DNA of 63,921 bases, counting the filler, from Rhabdomonas costata (taxonomy: Eukaryota): the NCBI GenBank assembly GCA_019059605.1. It is 52 parts of 52 records of this genome, joined end to end, with 100 filler letters (N's around TTAATTAATTAA, not from the genome) between each part and the next. Parts side by side here need not be neighbours in the genome. Positions count along the whole stretch, not along the records: positions 24,621 to 25,752 come from JAHMHO010027038.1; positions 25,853 to 26,982 come from JAHMHO010027039.1; positions 27,083 to 28,214 come from JAHMHO010027040.1; positions 28,315 to 29,446 come from JAHMHO010027041.1; positions 29,547 to 30,677 come from JAHMHO010027042.1; positions 30,778 to 31,908 come from JAHMHO010027043.1; positions 32,009 to 33,140 come from JAHMHO010027044.1; positions 33,241 to 34,371 come from JAHMHO010027045.1; 44 more parts are not named here. The stretch is one strand, 5' to 3'. Under the pieces are notes generated by a model. It was not told the origin of the DNA and made no database searches. It saw nothing but the letters and a program-made list of their open reading frames with translations. Positions 24,841 to 35,142 of this stretch are shown in pieces. The stretch's first letter is position 1. Every line of letters begins with the position of its first letter. The position numbers and the translations under genes are program-made.

Positions 24841-25038
24841 AATCGTTGTGAACACTGTAAACAAATATTGAATTTTGATAATGAAAATACTAAAATGTAC
24901 TTTCTAAACAGAAATGAGTATAGGCAAATACCATATTTTCGTTGTATTATTCATGAAGATAAAAAATGGTATTATAAGGTATGTGAAAAATGTTTTCATT
25001 TGTTTAAATTTATGTTCGATAAAAAAAATGAGAAGTAA
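24838..25038 (+). CDS. Virus-like 66-aa zinc-ribbon protein
   Basis: MNRCEHCK....VCEKCF has two CxxC pairs; TAAATG start; 6 bp from the next ORF. Confidence 0.7.
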   Translation: MNRCEHCKQILNFDNENTKMYFLNRNEYRQIPYFRCIIHEDKKWYYKVCEKCFHLFKFMFDKKNEK

Positions 25039-25044
25039 TACTAA

Positions 25045-25221
25045 ATGGGTTCATGTTGCTGTATATCAAAAGAAGAAGAACCAACACAAAAAGAAATAAA
25101 TAATAAAGAGATTGTTTTTGGTATTCCAAAAGATAATAAAGAACTTGAAGAAGTTATTGATCGTATTTTTGTGTTAGAATATAGAACGAATAAATTAAAT
25201 TCAAAAATTAACACAATATAA
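25045..25221 (+). CDS. Virus-like 58-aa protein with a predicted N-myristoylation/palmitoylation start (below the ORF-track cutoff)
   Basis: MGSCCCISKEEEPTQKEINNKEIVFGIPKDNKELEEVIDRIFVLEYRTNKLNSKINTI*; TAAATG start; fills the gap between its neighbours. Confidence 0.7.
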   Translation: MGSCCCISKEEEPTQKEINNKEIVFGIPKDNKELEEVIDRIFVLEYRTNKLNSKINTI

Positions 25222-25228
25222 AGAATGA

Positions 25229-25268
25229 TAAATTAATAAAAGACTTTTTGAATTCTTTTATTAATTTA
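25229..25268. terminator. Perfect 15-bp AT-rich hairpin between convergent ORFs
   Basis: taaattaataaaaga (25229-25243) pairs with tcttttattaattta (25254-25268) around a 10-nt loop and overlaps the stop of the minus-strand ORF. Confidence 0.7.
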
Positions 25269-25752
25269 GAGGAATGAAAAAACTTCCTATGTAGAGCAGT
25301 AGTCTATTTGCTCCGTTTTCAGTGAACAATTTTCCGCCTGACTGCCATTCTATAATTGCATTATCTGCAGACGAAATAAAACATTGTGTTGTACTTAGAT
25401 TATTATTGAGATCGAGAATACGAATTTGTCTACCAATTGGAACAGATGGAATTTGTAAATGAGCTACGATATAATGAACTGCATTTGTTCTTAGTAGATA
25501 CATATCCGCCTTTTTCATTGGCACTACATTAGTACTTTGTTTTGCATACAACCAACAAGGATAATATGCGCTTAACGGATGGCCTGCTGTTTGATAATAT
25601 GTAAATGTGTATGTACTATTATCCGTTGGGGCGTCAGTTGCTGATACCCAAATACTAGTAGTTGAATATATGTTTGTGCCATTAAAACGAACCATAGAAG
25701 ACAATGTGCCTGCTAATTGAATACTAAACGTAAATATACCGTTACCATATAA
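25261..25752 (-). CDS. Virus-like fibre/structural protein C-terminus (5'-truncated)
   Basis: Open to the contig edge; Thr/Ser/Tyr-rich beta-type sequence ending LQIPSVPIGRQIRILDLNNNLSTTQCFISSADNAIIE..LFTENGANRLLLYIGSFF, like the LP....G..I.I.D..GN.....I....I.G......N.....L.Y.G module of phage and NCLDV fibre/baseplate proteins. Confidence 0.6.
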   Translation of the reverse strand, partial: LYGNGIFTFSIQLAGTLSSMVRFNGTNIYSTTSIWVSATDAPTDNSTYTFTYYQTAGHPLSAYYPCWLYAKQSTNVVPMKKADMYLLRTNAVHYIVAHLQIPSVPIGRQIRILDLNNNLSTTQCFISSADNAIIEWQSGGKLFTENGANRLLLYIGSFFIPLN

Positions 25753-27862
25753 NNNNNNNNNNNNNNNNNNNNNNNNNNNNNNNNNNNNNNNNNNNNTTAA
25801 TTAATTAANNNNNNNNNNNNNNNNNNNNNNNNNNNNNNNNNNNNNNNNNNNNGTGTTGGGGTACACCGAGGACGCCGCGGTGGTGGTGACGATGCATTCC
25901 CCCGCAGTCATCCGCATTGTGGAGTAATCGAGCAAAGAAACCTTGAGGATTATATTTAGGGTCCACCCAGACTTCCTGTGCTCTAGCTTCTCCTTTCTTC
26001 GGTGATCGTACCCCCCCCCCGCACTCCCGAACTGCTGCACTCATTGTGTGGTCAAACCGGAAACATGCTTGTTTGGACGAGGGAATTCTTATTGCGGTGG
26101 CACTGAACTTACAGCACGCATTCTACTTTAGTTCGATGTTAAAAGTTGTAGTAAGTTTTGAGACTGGAGCCCTTAGTTTCCAGTAGACCGAGGCAGCGTT
26201 GCGGACAGCGATCAAGATTCTTGCGTTTTTTTATACCTTGAGGTAGCCTGAGATTTAAGTAGTGAATACAGTTGCTTCTGGACCCTGCAGTGGGCGGTGT
26301 CCCGATCTCAAACTCACTGCCGCTGTGCTGCGTTATCTGTCGCTCCTACTTTCCTTCTTTTGTGGCTTTGGCCACTGATACCCACGGCTACACCCATTCC
26401 CCTATCCCTGGAGTGCTGGTTGCTTTTTTGTCCCTGCACTTTCTCATTCGAGTTGCTTTAGTTTTTGGGTGTCGTGGGTCTGTTTGTGTGTGGGTTTCGT
26501 TGTGGGCTTGCTCCCACGCTGTAGTCTTCTCGAATGTCTGCCTTTTGTGTGCACTTCGCTGGCCGCGACATTGATAACGGCTGTCTCTTTTCTCGATTGC
26601 AGTTCTGACGCTTGATTCCACAGCATTGAACATGGAGGTGGAGGTTCTTCTCCGTTCTTGCTCTAAGCATTTTAAATCGAGCTGTGGGAAGTGAATTACT
26701 ATTAGCGGAAGGGAAGGGGTTAAGAGCTGTTATTTACCCGGTTCTCTGCACACATAGCGGCCTACACCGCACGCTGAGAGTTTCCACCATATGGCACATT
26801 ACAAGCCCAGTGGCGTAAGTATAGGCTAAACAGACCAGCGGTATAAATTGGACAAACAGTACAGGTCGAAGTTGAGATGCGCGGGAACTCCTTTTTACAG
26901 TTGTGATAATGACAGCACGTTTTCTTATGTGCAAAGAAGGGACTGTCGTTATCACAACTGTAAAAAGGAGTTCCCACACACANNNNNNNNNNNNNNNNNN
27001 NNNNNNNNNNNNNNNNNNNNNNNNNNTTAATTAATTAANNNNNNNNNNNNNNNNNNNNNNNNNNNNNNNNNNNNNNNNNNNNGTGGTGTGGGTTCGTCGA
27101 AAGAAGGGGAGGGGGATAGGATTTGGTGGTGATCAGGATGGGATGGGTGTTCCAGGAGGTGGTGTTTCAAGTGTGCGTGTGTGTGTGCGTGTGCCAGGTC
27201 TGTTACAGATCTGGATTCACCACCGCAAGCATGAAATCCTTGCGAAATCAACGGACACCGCGTTTTTTGCAGTTCTTTCGTCAGGTGCCTCGGGTTTCCC
27301 GATGCACACAAACACATCACGCATGAATGCTCGCCTCGCCTTTGTGTCTTCTTCGCAGACATCAGTTGTGTTTCGAGATCCCAAAAGTGTGTGTGGGGGA
27401 GTGTTTATAAACTGGATTGGACTGATTTCGCGTTCCCAAGGCAAGAATTAATGGAGAGCTTATGAAGGAAGTAACAAAGCAAAATCCTTGCTGCCACACC
27501 GACGGGGGCTAGACGGACGGAACACTTTCGGTTCTTTCGCTTATAAAGAAGCGGCTTAACTCCACTTTCCTCTACCTTAGATCTTGCAGGGTGTTAGGTC
27601 GCATCTGCGGGAGCTTACATCTAGTTAGGGAGCTGTTTCCTCTTGTTTTTTAAGCAGATGTTCAGTCTTTTTGATCTTGAGAGTTTGTGTACAGATGAAG
27701 CCAAGCTGACTTTTTTTTTTTGAAAAATATGGCCTGTTGTCTCCTGCTGCTGCTGCTCCTGCTGCTGTGTCTTCTTGTACTTCATGTGATGGACCAGTAA
27801 GTGACGTGGTTTTCCGCAAAGGGAAGCCACATGTGCGTGCTGTTTGAGGAGTGAACTTCCGG

Positions 27863-28050
27863 GTTCACACCAACATCATTGATGGTTGCTGGGGTCGCCT
27901 GAAGACCTCGCTAAATGCCCGCGGCGGGGCACAGGACCACCCCTTGTGGGAGAATCTCAGAGTTCCAGTGGAGAAACAACCTCTCTGATGCTTCTGACCC
28001 CTTTTTGACTCTTCTGGACCTTGTTCGTTCTGGACATTTTCCGTTCTCAC
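27863..28050 (+). mobile_element. Frameshifted Merlin/IS1595-family DDE transposase remnant (C-terminal part)
   Basis: VHTNIIDGCWGRLKTSLNARGG..HPLWENL, frameshift, then EFQWRNN..SDPFLTLLDLV; matches HTN.IEG.W..LK......HL..YL.EF.WR....DPF..LL. Confidence 0.75.
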
Positions 28051-28469
28051 TACTACTTCTGGAAGGTCCAAGGTGGAGTTATGCCAAAACAACATAACGG
28101 TAAGGCACAGTATGCAGGCCCATTTAGCTCCAGATGCGCCTCAGGGTTGAAGCAAAAGTGGACAAAACCGGACAAAAGCTAAAGGCGGAAACAACGCAAC
28201 AGCAAAACCCAAAANNNNNNNNNNNNNNNNNNNNNNNNNNNNNNNNNNNNNNNNNNNNTTAATTAATTAANNNNNNNNNNNNNNNNNNNNNNNNNNNNNN
28301 NNNNNNNNNNNNNNGGGTGGTGGGGGATTTCCTGACATGTATCGTCTCCCCCTCTTAATACCACCCATCGGTATTGCGCCTCTGGAAGACCTCCACTCTG
28401 GTGGGGGGGAATTCTGTGCCTCTGTACTCAGGATTTGCGGTTAGGTCGCTTGGGTCTCCTCGCGTCCTC

Positions 28470-28925
28470 TGCGCTGCCCTTGAGCCTGCGGCCATATTTT
28501 ATCTTTCCTCTACTAATCCACTGCGTGGATTGATTAACCGCAAATCTCTACCCGCACTATTTGGATGGACTTCTCGCCTATATTCTCTTGTTTTTGCTGC
28601 CTTCCTCTCTTGGAGGGGGTCTTCTGCGCTCTGAACCCCTCAACCAACTGGATCACCCCTAGCTTAATTTCTCCGCGGAATCTGCTCCCAATGCGCTCAA
28701 TTTGGTCTCCAACTATGCTGCTGGAACTCTTACGTGGCTCCTACCTCCTTGGGTGGTCGTGCCTCTGGATCCCACTCGAGCTGGACTGTATCCCGATCTT
28801 GCTTGCACAAGGTGGGCGCTGCCTCGTCTTATCTAGGTGTCTTGGCACCTAGAACGGGGCGGAGGTCTCTTCCGTTCGTCAGGTGGTTTCTCTGGTGCTT
28901 TCTGCGTGCGTCGCCTTTCTGAAAC
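28470..28925 (+). mobile_element. Possible highly degenerate tyrosine-recombinase retroelement remnant
   Basis: Scattered motifs in different frames (LSSTNPLRG, SWHLERGG, FVRWFLW) weakly echo the YR R...HxxRxG...RW signature; no intact ORF. Confidence 0.25.
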
Positions 28926-30854
28926 TGGGGCGGTGGTGCCAACCACTTTTCGATTTACCAAGCCGCTTCGGCGTAAGTATGGCGACCTCTGGGGGCACAA
29001 TTCTGCAGATCAGTGGGGTCACTTGTGGCTCGTAAAGGCTGCTTTAGGCACAGGAGTGGGTTCTCTTGGCCGGGCCTTGGTGCTCACACCTTATGGGATG
29101 TGGAGGAGTTTTGCTAGGCGGGTCTCGCCGCTTATGCCCTTACCCAATCTCCCACCCAAAAAGGGCTGTGGAAGTGGCACGCTACCGCACACACACACAC
29201 ACACACACACACACTGTCCTGTGTTCACCGCACTAACGCCACACCATTTTCCACCCCTCTCCATCTGCTGGTGCCTCGTGTCTCCGCGGCTCTCGCATGC
29301 GGTTCCGCTGTGGTTCTGCTGCGCCTCCTCTGTAAAAACACAATCAAAGGCGAAACGCAACACAAATTCAAACAAAAAGCGACCTTTTAGGTTTAATTCA
29401 GCATTAAAGGACGCAAGCAATTTTTAAGAACCTAATCAAGGACCTCNNNNNNNNNNNNNNNNNNNNNNNNNNNNNNNNNNNNNNNNNNNNTTAATTAATT
29501 AANNNNNNNNNNNNNNNNNNNNNNNNNNNNNNNNNNNNNNNNNNNNTTGTTGTGGTCTGGCGCCGTCCTCGCCGACGGTTGATTTCCGAGTGGAGATGGT
29601 GGGGGTGCGCGGCGGCGCAAGCCCAGTCGTAGGCGAGGGGGCATAGGTGGGGGTTCCCAGGGACTGCCCCCACCCACCACACAAACACAAGAAGAAGACA
29701 AAGGCGAGCACGGAGAAAAGACATGCACAACTTATCCACTCAGACTTACACACCTTCAGAAAAATGACTCACAGGCACAATCAAATCCTTCAGAGCCGTC
29801 GTTCAGTCGTTTCCTTTCAATTGTGCACTGCTTCCCTTCACTAAGCCATTACCTGTGAAATTTCAGCACCCGCCCCCAGCCCAGCCAGCCACCGGTATTG
29901 ATGCTTCCGCATTCAGTGCCTTGCAGTCCTCCATTTTTCCATGGGTACCGTCTGCTTTACAGTTTCCGCTTTTGCTGTAAATTATTGACTTTTCCTTCCG
30001 TGCATTTTGTGAACATCGAATATGCATTTCACGGGGGGTTCCTCAGGTCAATGGTGGGGTGTCCACTGCACAGGGTGAAATATCCAGCCCTCAAAGGGTG
30101 CAGCTCTAGGTCGGTTGCACGGCTGGCAAAAAAGGAGAGGCAGTAGCATTCCCGCTCGCGACGTCCGTTCACCCGCTGCGGACGTTAACAGAGGATGAGT
30201 CACAGGACCCACGTTAGTCCACCAGCGGAGGGGAAATGTGGGTAGTTCATAACGTTCGGGGCAGTCAACAGTGCAGAAAAGGGGATAGTGCCCACAGGAG
30301 CGTACCTTCAGAGCTCGCTGCTTCTTCCGCAGCACCGCCTTAAGGCTGAGGAAGGCCCGGCTGAGGTGGCCCACAATGGACCGCACCAGGCGGTCCGGGC
30401 TCACACTGGCCTCGGGCTCATCTACGCGGCGGACATCGAATGAAGAGCAATTACGCAATGCAATGCAATGCAGCCTCTGCAGTACTTCTTGTGTGCCCCT
30501 CCCGCGCCGAAGGCAGACAACGAAAGATACGGCCTGCTGCCAAAATCACATGGTGCTCCCGTGGAGAGAGAATCGCTCATTCACATTCTCACTGGATGAG
30601 AAAAGAGTGCCAGGAAAACAGAGACGAAAAGGGAAGACACGGTAAGCCTGGAAACGACACACAGGGGACCAAACCCCNNNNNNNNNNNNNNNNNNNNNNN
30701 NNNNNNNNNNNNNNNNNNNNNTTAATTAATTAANNNNNNNNNNNNNNNNNNNNNNNNNNNNNNNNNNNNNNNNNNNNCACCCCTTTCGCTGGGCAGCATA
30801 TCTTGAGGTCATACATGACCTGACCCGACCACTGGACCGCACTGGACCGCGCAG

Positions 30855-31908
30855 AGAACTCTGCGATGATCTACCACAACAGCTTTATTGTGGCTGATGC
30901 CAAGGAGGTGTGGCACGGAGTCCCCCATGGCCAATACAATGGGAGTAGCTTAGATTTTTATCTCTGCCTCTTCTTTCTTTTGTACGGCGGTTCCATGTGG
31001 ACGAATTTTGACGCTGGACACTGATTGGCCTTGTGGCTTAGATTGCTCACTGGTCGCTGGTCAACAGCGAGACATCCGATTAACAACTATGTGTGAGACC
31101 TGGAGAGGAAGAAAGTAGGAGCTGCGCAGAGAGAGGGTGTCGGGGGGGGGGTATGTGGTATTGTTTAATTACGGAGAGCAACAGAGAGTGACCCTGTCAC
31201 CCTGTAATGATAAGAAACTGGGAAGCAGGAACCGACCCTGGATCCTTTTCCTGAAAAGTTGAAAAGTACGGAATTTAAGGTTTTGCAACGAGGGCATTTT
31301 TTTACCGAACAGACACATGTCGGTATTCGTCGTCCTTGACCTTGGGTTGTCGCAGGCTTGGGTGGTGGAGTCCGTGGACAAGTGGTGGGTAGCCCAGAAG
31401 GTGGCCCAAGGCACCCGCAACATTTCCAACGCTCTGAGCATTGGGACGGCTTTTGATAAGGTGCACAGCCTTCCCTGCACCATTGATCCCCCGCTGGCTC
31501 TTCTCTGCATATCTGCCCGTTTTGTTCATTCTACGCTTTATGGAAAAAGTCAGCAACGCCGTTGCGGGGGGTCCGGTGGGTGGTTTTTTGGAGTATGGTA
31601 TGTTACTATCGTGGAGTCCCAATTGAAAAGTGTTCATGCGCCAGGAACGCCCCCACCGATTCCTTTGCGGCCAAAATTTCTCCTTTGCGGGCTACCACTC
31701 ATTGCAGGCTTTCCTGGCTTTCCTGGTGTGCATCTGGCGAAATTGTTTGTTTCTGCGTCGCCCATATTGTTCATTTCTGTCAGATTCACCCCAAGCTGCT
31801 GGAGTTTTGCAAGCAGCAAGGGTGGTGGGACGGGAATTCACCCTTCAACTGGAAGGTCGCAATGCTGGGCTGCGATGATGACGGCGAGGTTGAAGAGGAA
31901 TTCCCAAC
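30855..31908 (+). CDS. SCRN: Secernin / peptidase C69 family protein, 3 exons (30855-30907, 31356-31460, 31784-; partial)
   Basis: IYHNSFIVADAKE/AWVVESVDKWWVAQKVAQGTRNISNALSIGTAFDK/IHPKLLEFCKQQGWWDGNSPFNW; phase-0 GT-AG introns. Confidence 0.9.
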
Positions 31909-33653
31909 NNNNNNNNNNNNNNNNNNNNNNNNNNNNNNNNNNNNNNNNNNNNTTAATTAATTAANNNNNNNNNNNNNNNNNNNNNNNNNNNNNNNNNNNN
32001 NNNNNNNNGTGACATCGTGGTGACAGTAACGCTACGGTCATGCTATGCACCCTACCTACACAGAGGGAACACACACCCTTACTGTAGTAGCGTAGGAGGT
32101 AAGACATACGCGTAGAAGGACCACCACGATGATGTACCAGTGGAATACGAGCATGCCACACACACCTTTACAGGGTTAGCCTTAGCGTTACCCATAGAAA
32201 GAGTGCGTGACTCCCACTTGGTGCTGACCGTACCCAGAGCTGCCAAACCCACCCCAGGCAAACATCCGAAGTGGAGGGCGCCGAGCCCGACATGCAAGGG
32301 TGATGCTGTTGTTGGGGAGGAGTGGAAGCACCTTAGGGTGGTGGAACGACGACATGCTGACGTTGTTGGGAGCGAAGGCACCTTATGGTGGTGGAGCGAC
32401 CATGTAACGTTCATGCTGTTGGTACGCTGTTGGTATGCGGTTGGAACACCCTACCATCCACATGCTCCGGGTACAGTGGTTGACAGGAAGGCTGCACCAC
32501 CCAACCATCGTCACAGAAGGGCTGATGTTCCTACCCGTAAGGATGGATGTCAGGAAACCCGCTGTAGAGGTGAAGGGTTGAAGGAGGGATGCCACTGCCA
32601 ACCACACCCTCAGCCTCCAACGCTAAGCCTAAACCTAAGCGTAACCCTCACTAAGGGTATTCGCTACGGCTACGCCAAGGACGGAGTGACACGTACCGGC
32701 TTATGCCGGGGAGTGGAACGAAGTGACAGGTGTATAGAAGGGTTGATGGAGTGATCGTAGCCGCCTTATGGCGTGGGGTGGAGGGAACGAGTGAGGAAGA
32801 GTGGGAGGGACGCGAAGCGGACCGACGGGAAGGATACATTCCTACTCCGCATGCTCGGTACCTCGCATGCTACGTTGATGCAAGGTCGGAATGCCATCTC
32901 GTACCTCGATGCCATTCCCCCACTCCCTATGCGGTCGTGGGGCAACCACCTGCTTACCCCTCCATCGACACCCGAGCTATCAAAACCGCCCACATAACCA
33001 CTGCACAAGCCCATCGCTTCCTCGTCCAGGATCAGCGACAACGACAGGTGTGTGCTGTAACGCGGAACCCCTCCCCAAAGCCGTCCTAGGTGGTTCACGG
33101 GGGGGGGGTCGAGTTTCAGCCTCGCCTCGCACCAAAACCCNNNNNNNNNNNNNNNNNNNNNNNNNNNNNNNNNNNNNNNNNNNNTTAATTAATTAANNNN
33201 NNNNNNNNNNNNNNNNNNNNNNNNNNNNNNNNNNNNNNNNGTGTGTGTGTTTCCTCTGTGGCCGAGAAATCGTTTTGGATTCCCAGCTTGTGCCCCTGCA
33301 TAGCAAAGATGATACGGAGAAAGCGCATCCAGGCCTCAAGGGGGGAATCCAAAACGATTTCTCGGCCACAGAGGAAACACGTACAGCAACTCGGAACAAC
33401 ATATTCGCTGCCTTCGAAGCGTTGCCTCCATTTTCGCATGTCAGTTGGGCCACCAACCCTTCCATTGACGCAATAGAAGCGTTGGTGGCCCAACTGACAT
33501 TGAGAGGAGTTTGGTAACAGGTTCCCAATGGTGATTGAAAAAGTAATATTCCTATTTGACTCGTTACTATAAAGTATTAGGTAACTGATGCCAGCACCTC
33601 CGAAACGATTCTATTAGATAAAGGGGTAAGAAAAAAGGGTGTGTGTGGAACAC

Positions 33654-34189
33654 CATGAGTTCCGGAGGATCCAGTACGGAGGGCTAGCAATGCTGTTGTA
33701 CCCCACCAGTACCACCGCGTGGTTCCAGCTGGTCCCCTTCAAGGTCAGCACGGCGTTGGCCTGGAGGTTCTGGAAGGCGGAGCCATCGCCTTGAATCACA
33801 ACCCCGACGGAGTGGTACTGAGTACAAAACAACAGGAAAGTGACCGTGTGGAAAGGAACAATTCCCTCCCTTCTCCCCACCGAAAAACGGCAAGGGCCGA
33901 CTGTACATGGTTTACGTGACACTGACGTCCGCAATTACACACAAAAACACGACAACGCAAACACACACGAACACCGTGTAAATCAGCTGCATGATCGTGG
34001 CATCCAGGCTGTCCGGCGCGTAAATGATGTCGCTGGTCAGACGGGCCACGTGGTGGTGTGGCGACACACAGCTCCCCGTCACGCCTGTGGAGCCGCTGGT
34101 GTACGGGTAGTCCGCCGTCAGCACAGCCCCAGGCCCAGGCTCTCCCACATTGGCCACATTGTAGTGGTAGTCGTGCGCGAACCAGCCCC
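33654..34189 (-). CDS. Papain-family (C1A) cysteine protease, 2 exons (34189-33975, 33817-33654; partial)
   Basis: GGWF..ADYPYTSG..C../..NHAVVLVGYN....PYWILRNSW with the catalytic His and Asn. Confidence 0.92.
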
Positions 34190-34278
34190 CTACATCGGCC
34201 CCCTCCCTGCTTATATCTCGCCCCCCTATCCCGACCGAACAGAGAGCGAACTTTGATCCTCCACACACACAAAATAAA

Positions 34279-34343
34279 CAAACCCAAACCCAAACCCAAA
34301 CCCAAACCCAAACCCAAACCCAAACCCAAACCCAAACCCAAAC
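34279..34343. repeat. (CAAACC)n hexamer microsatellite in an intron
   Basis: About 10-11 perfect tandem units. Confidence 0.95.
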
Positions 34344-35106
34344 AGACACACACACAGACACCAACACAAACNNNNNNNNNNNNNNNNNNNNNNNNNNNNN
34401 NNNNNNNNNNNNNNNTTAATTAATTAANNNNNNNNNNNNNNNNNNNNNNNNNNNNNNNNNNNNNNNNNNNNGGGGGGTTTGGCTTCCAGTGTGGCTGTTG
34501 TTGTTGTTGCTGCTGCTTGCCCCCTTGCTTCCATCTGCACACAGGCTTTCTTCCTACTATGAGGATTAATCCGGAGGGGGGTCGTGTTGTGATTTTGCAA
34601 ACCCATGCTGATCAGCCTCGGTTTTTCTCCCATTTTATCGCGCGCGGCCTTAGATGCCGAGGTGCTCGCGCAGGCCAGTTCCATCTTGGTGACCACGATT
34701 CGGCGTATGGGAGGCCAAGTGCCGATGCTGGCCAACACCCAACGGTTCTGTTATGTCCTTTTCTTTCCGAGTAGTCGCACTTAGGAGTTGGGAGTCAAAT
34801 TTTGAATTTGCCCCCGGCCCTTGCTCCCCTTCTTGAGGGGTCGCTGCTGCAGAGTTTTGGCCAATAGAGCTCACATGGGTTTTTTGTGAGCGGGCATGTT
34901 GGTGTGTTTCTTCGTGCATGTCGTCGTGTGTGCGGTGAAGTGATTTCTCTCGAATTTAGGCCTGGTGCTGCGGATGCCGGAGAAGGTTTGTGTGCACTGC
35001 TTATATATTTAGTGTGGGTGCCACCACGCCCATTTTCTGTTTCTGCCTCACCCACTCCTCCCAGCCGCCCCGATTTTCGCGGCTATTCCTGCCCCACACA
35101 TACTCC

Positions 35107-35142
<36 letters not shown>

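Noticed and set aside
33796-34423. ORFs with (LG)n, (WV)n or (PK)n repeats
   Set aside because: Translations of the intronic (CAAACC)n microsatellite; also not the TTAGGG telomere motif.
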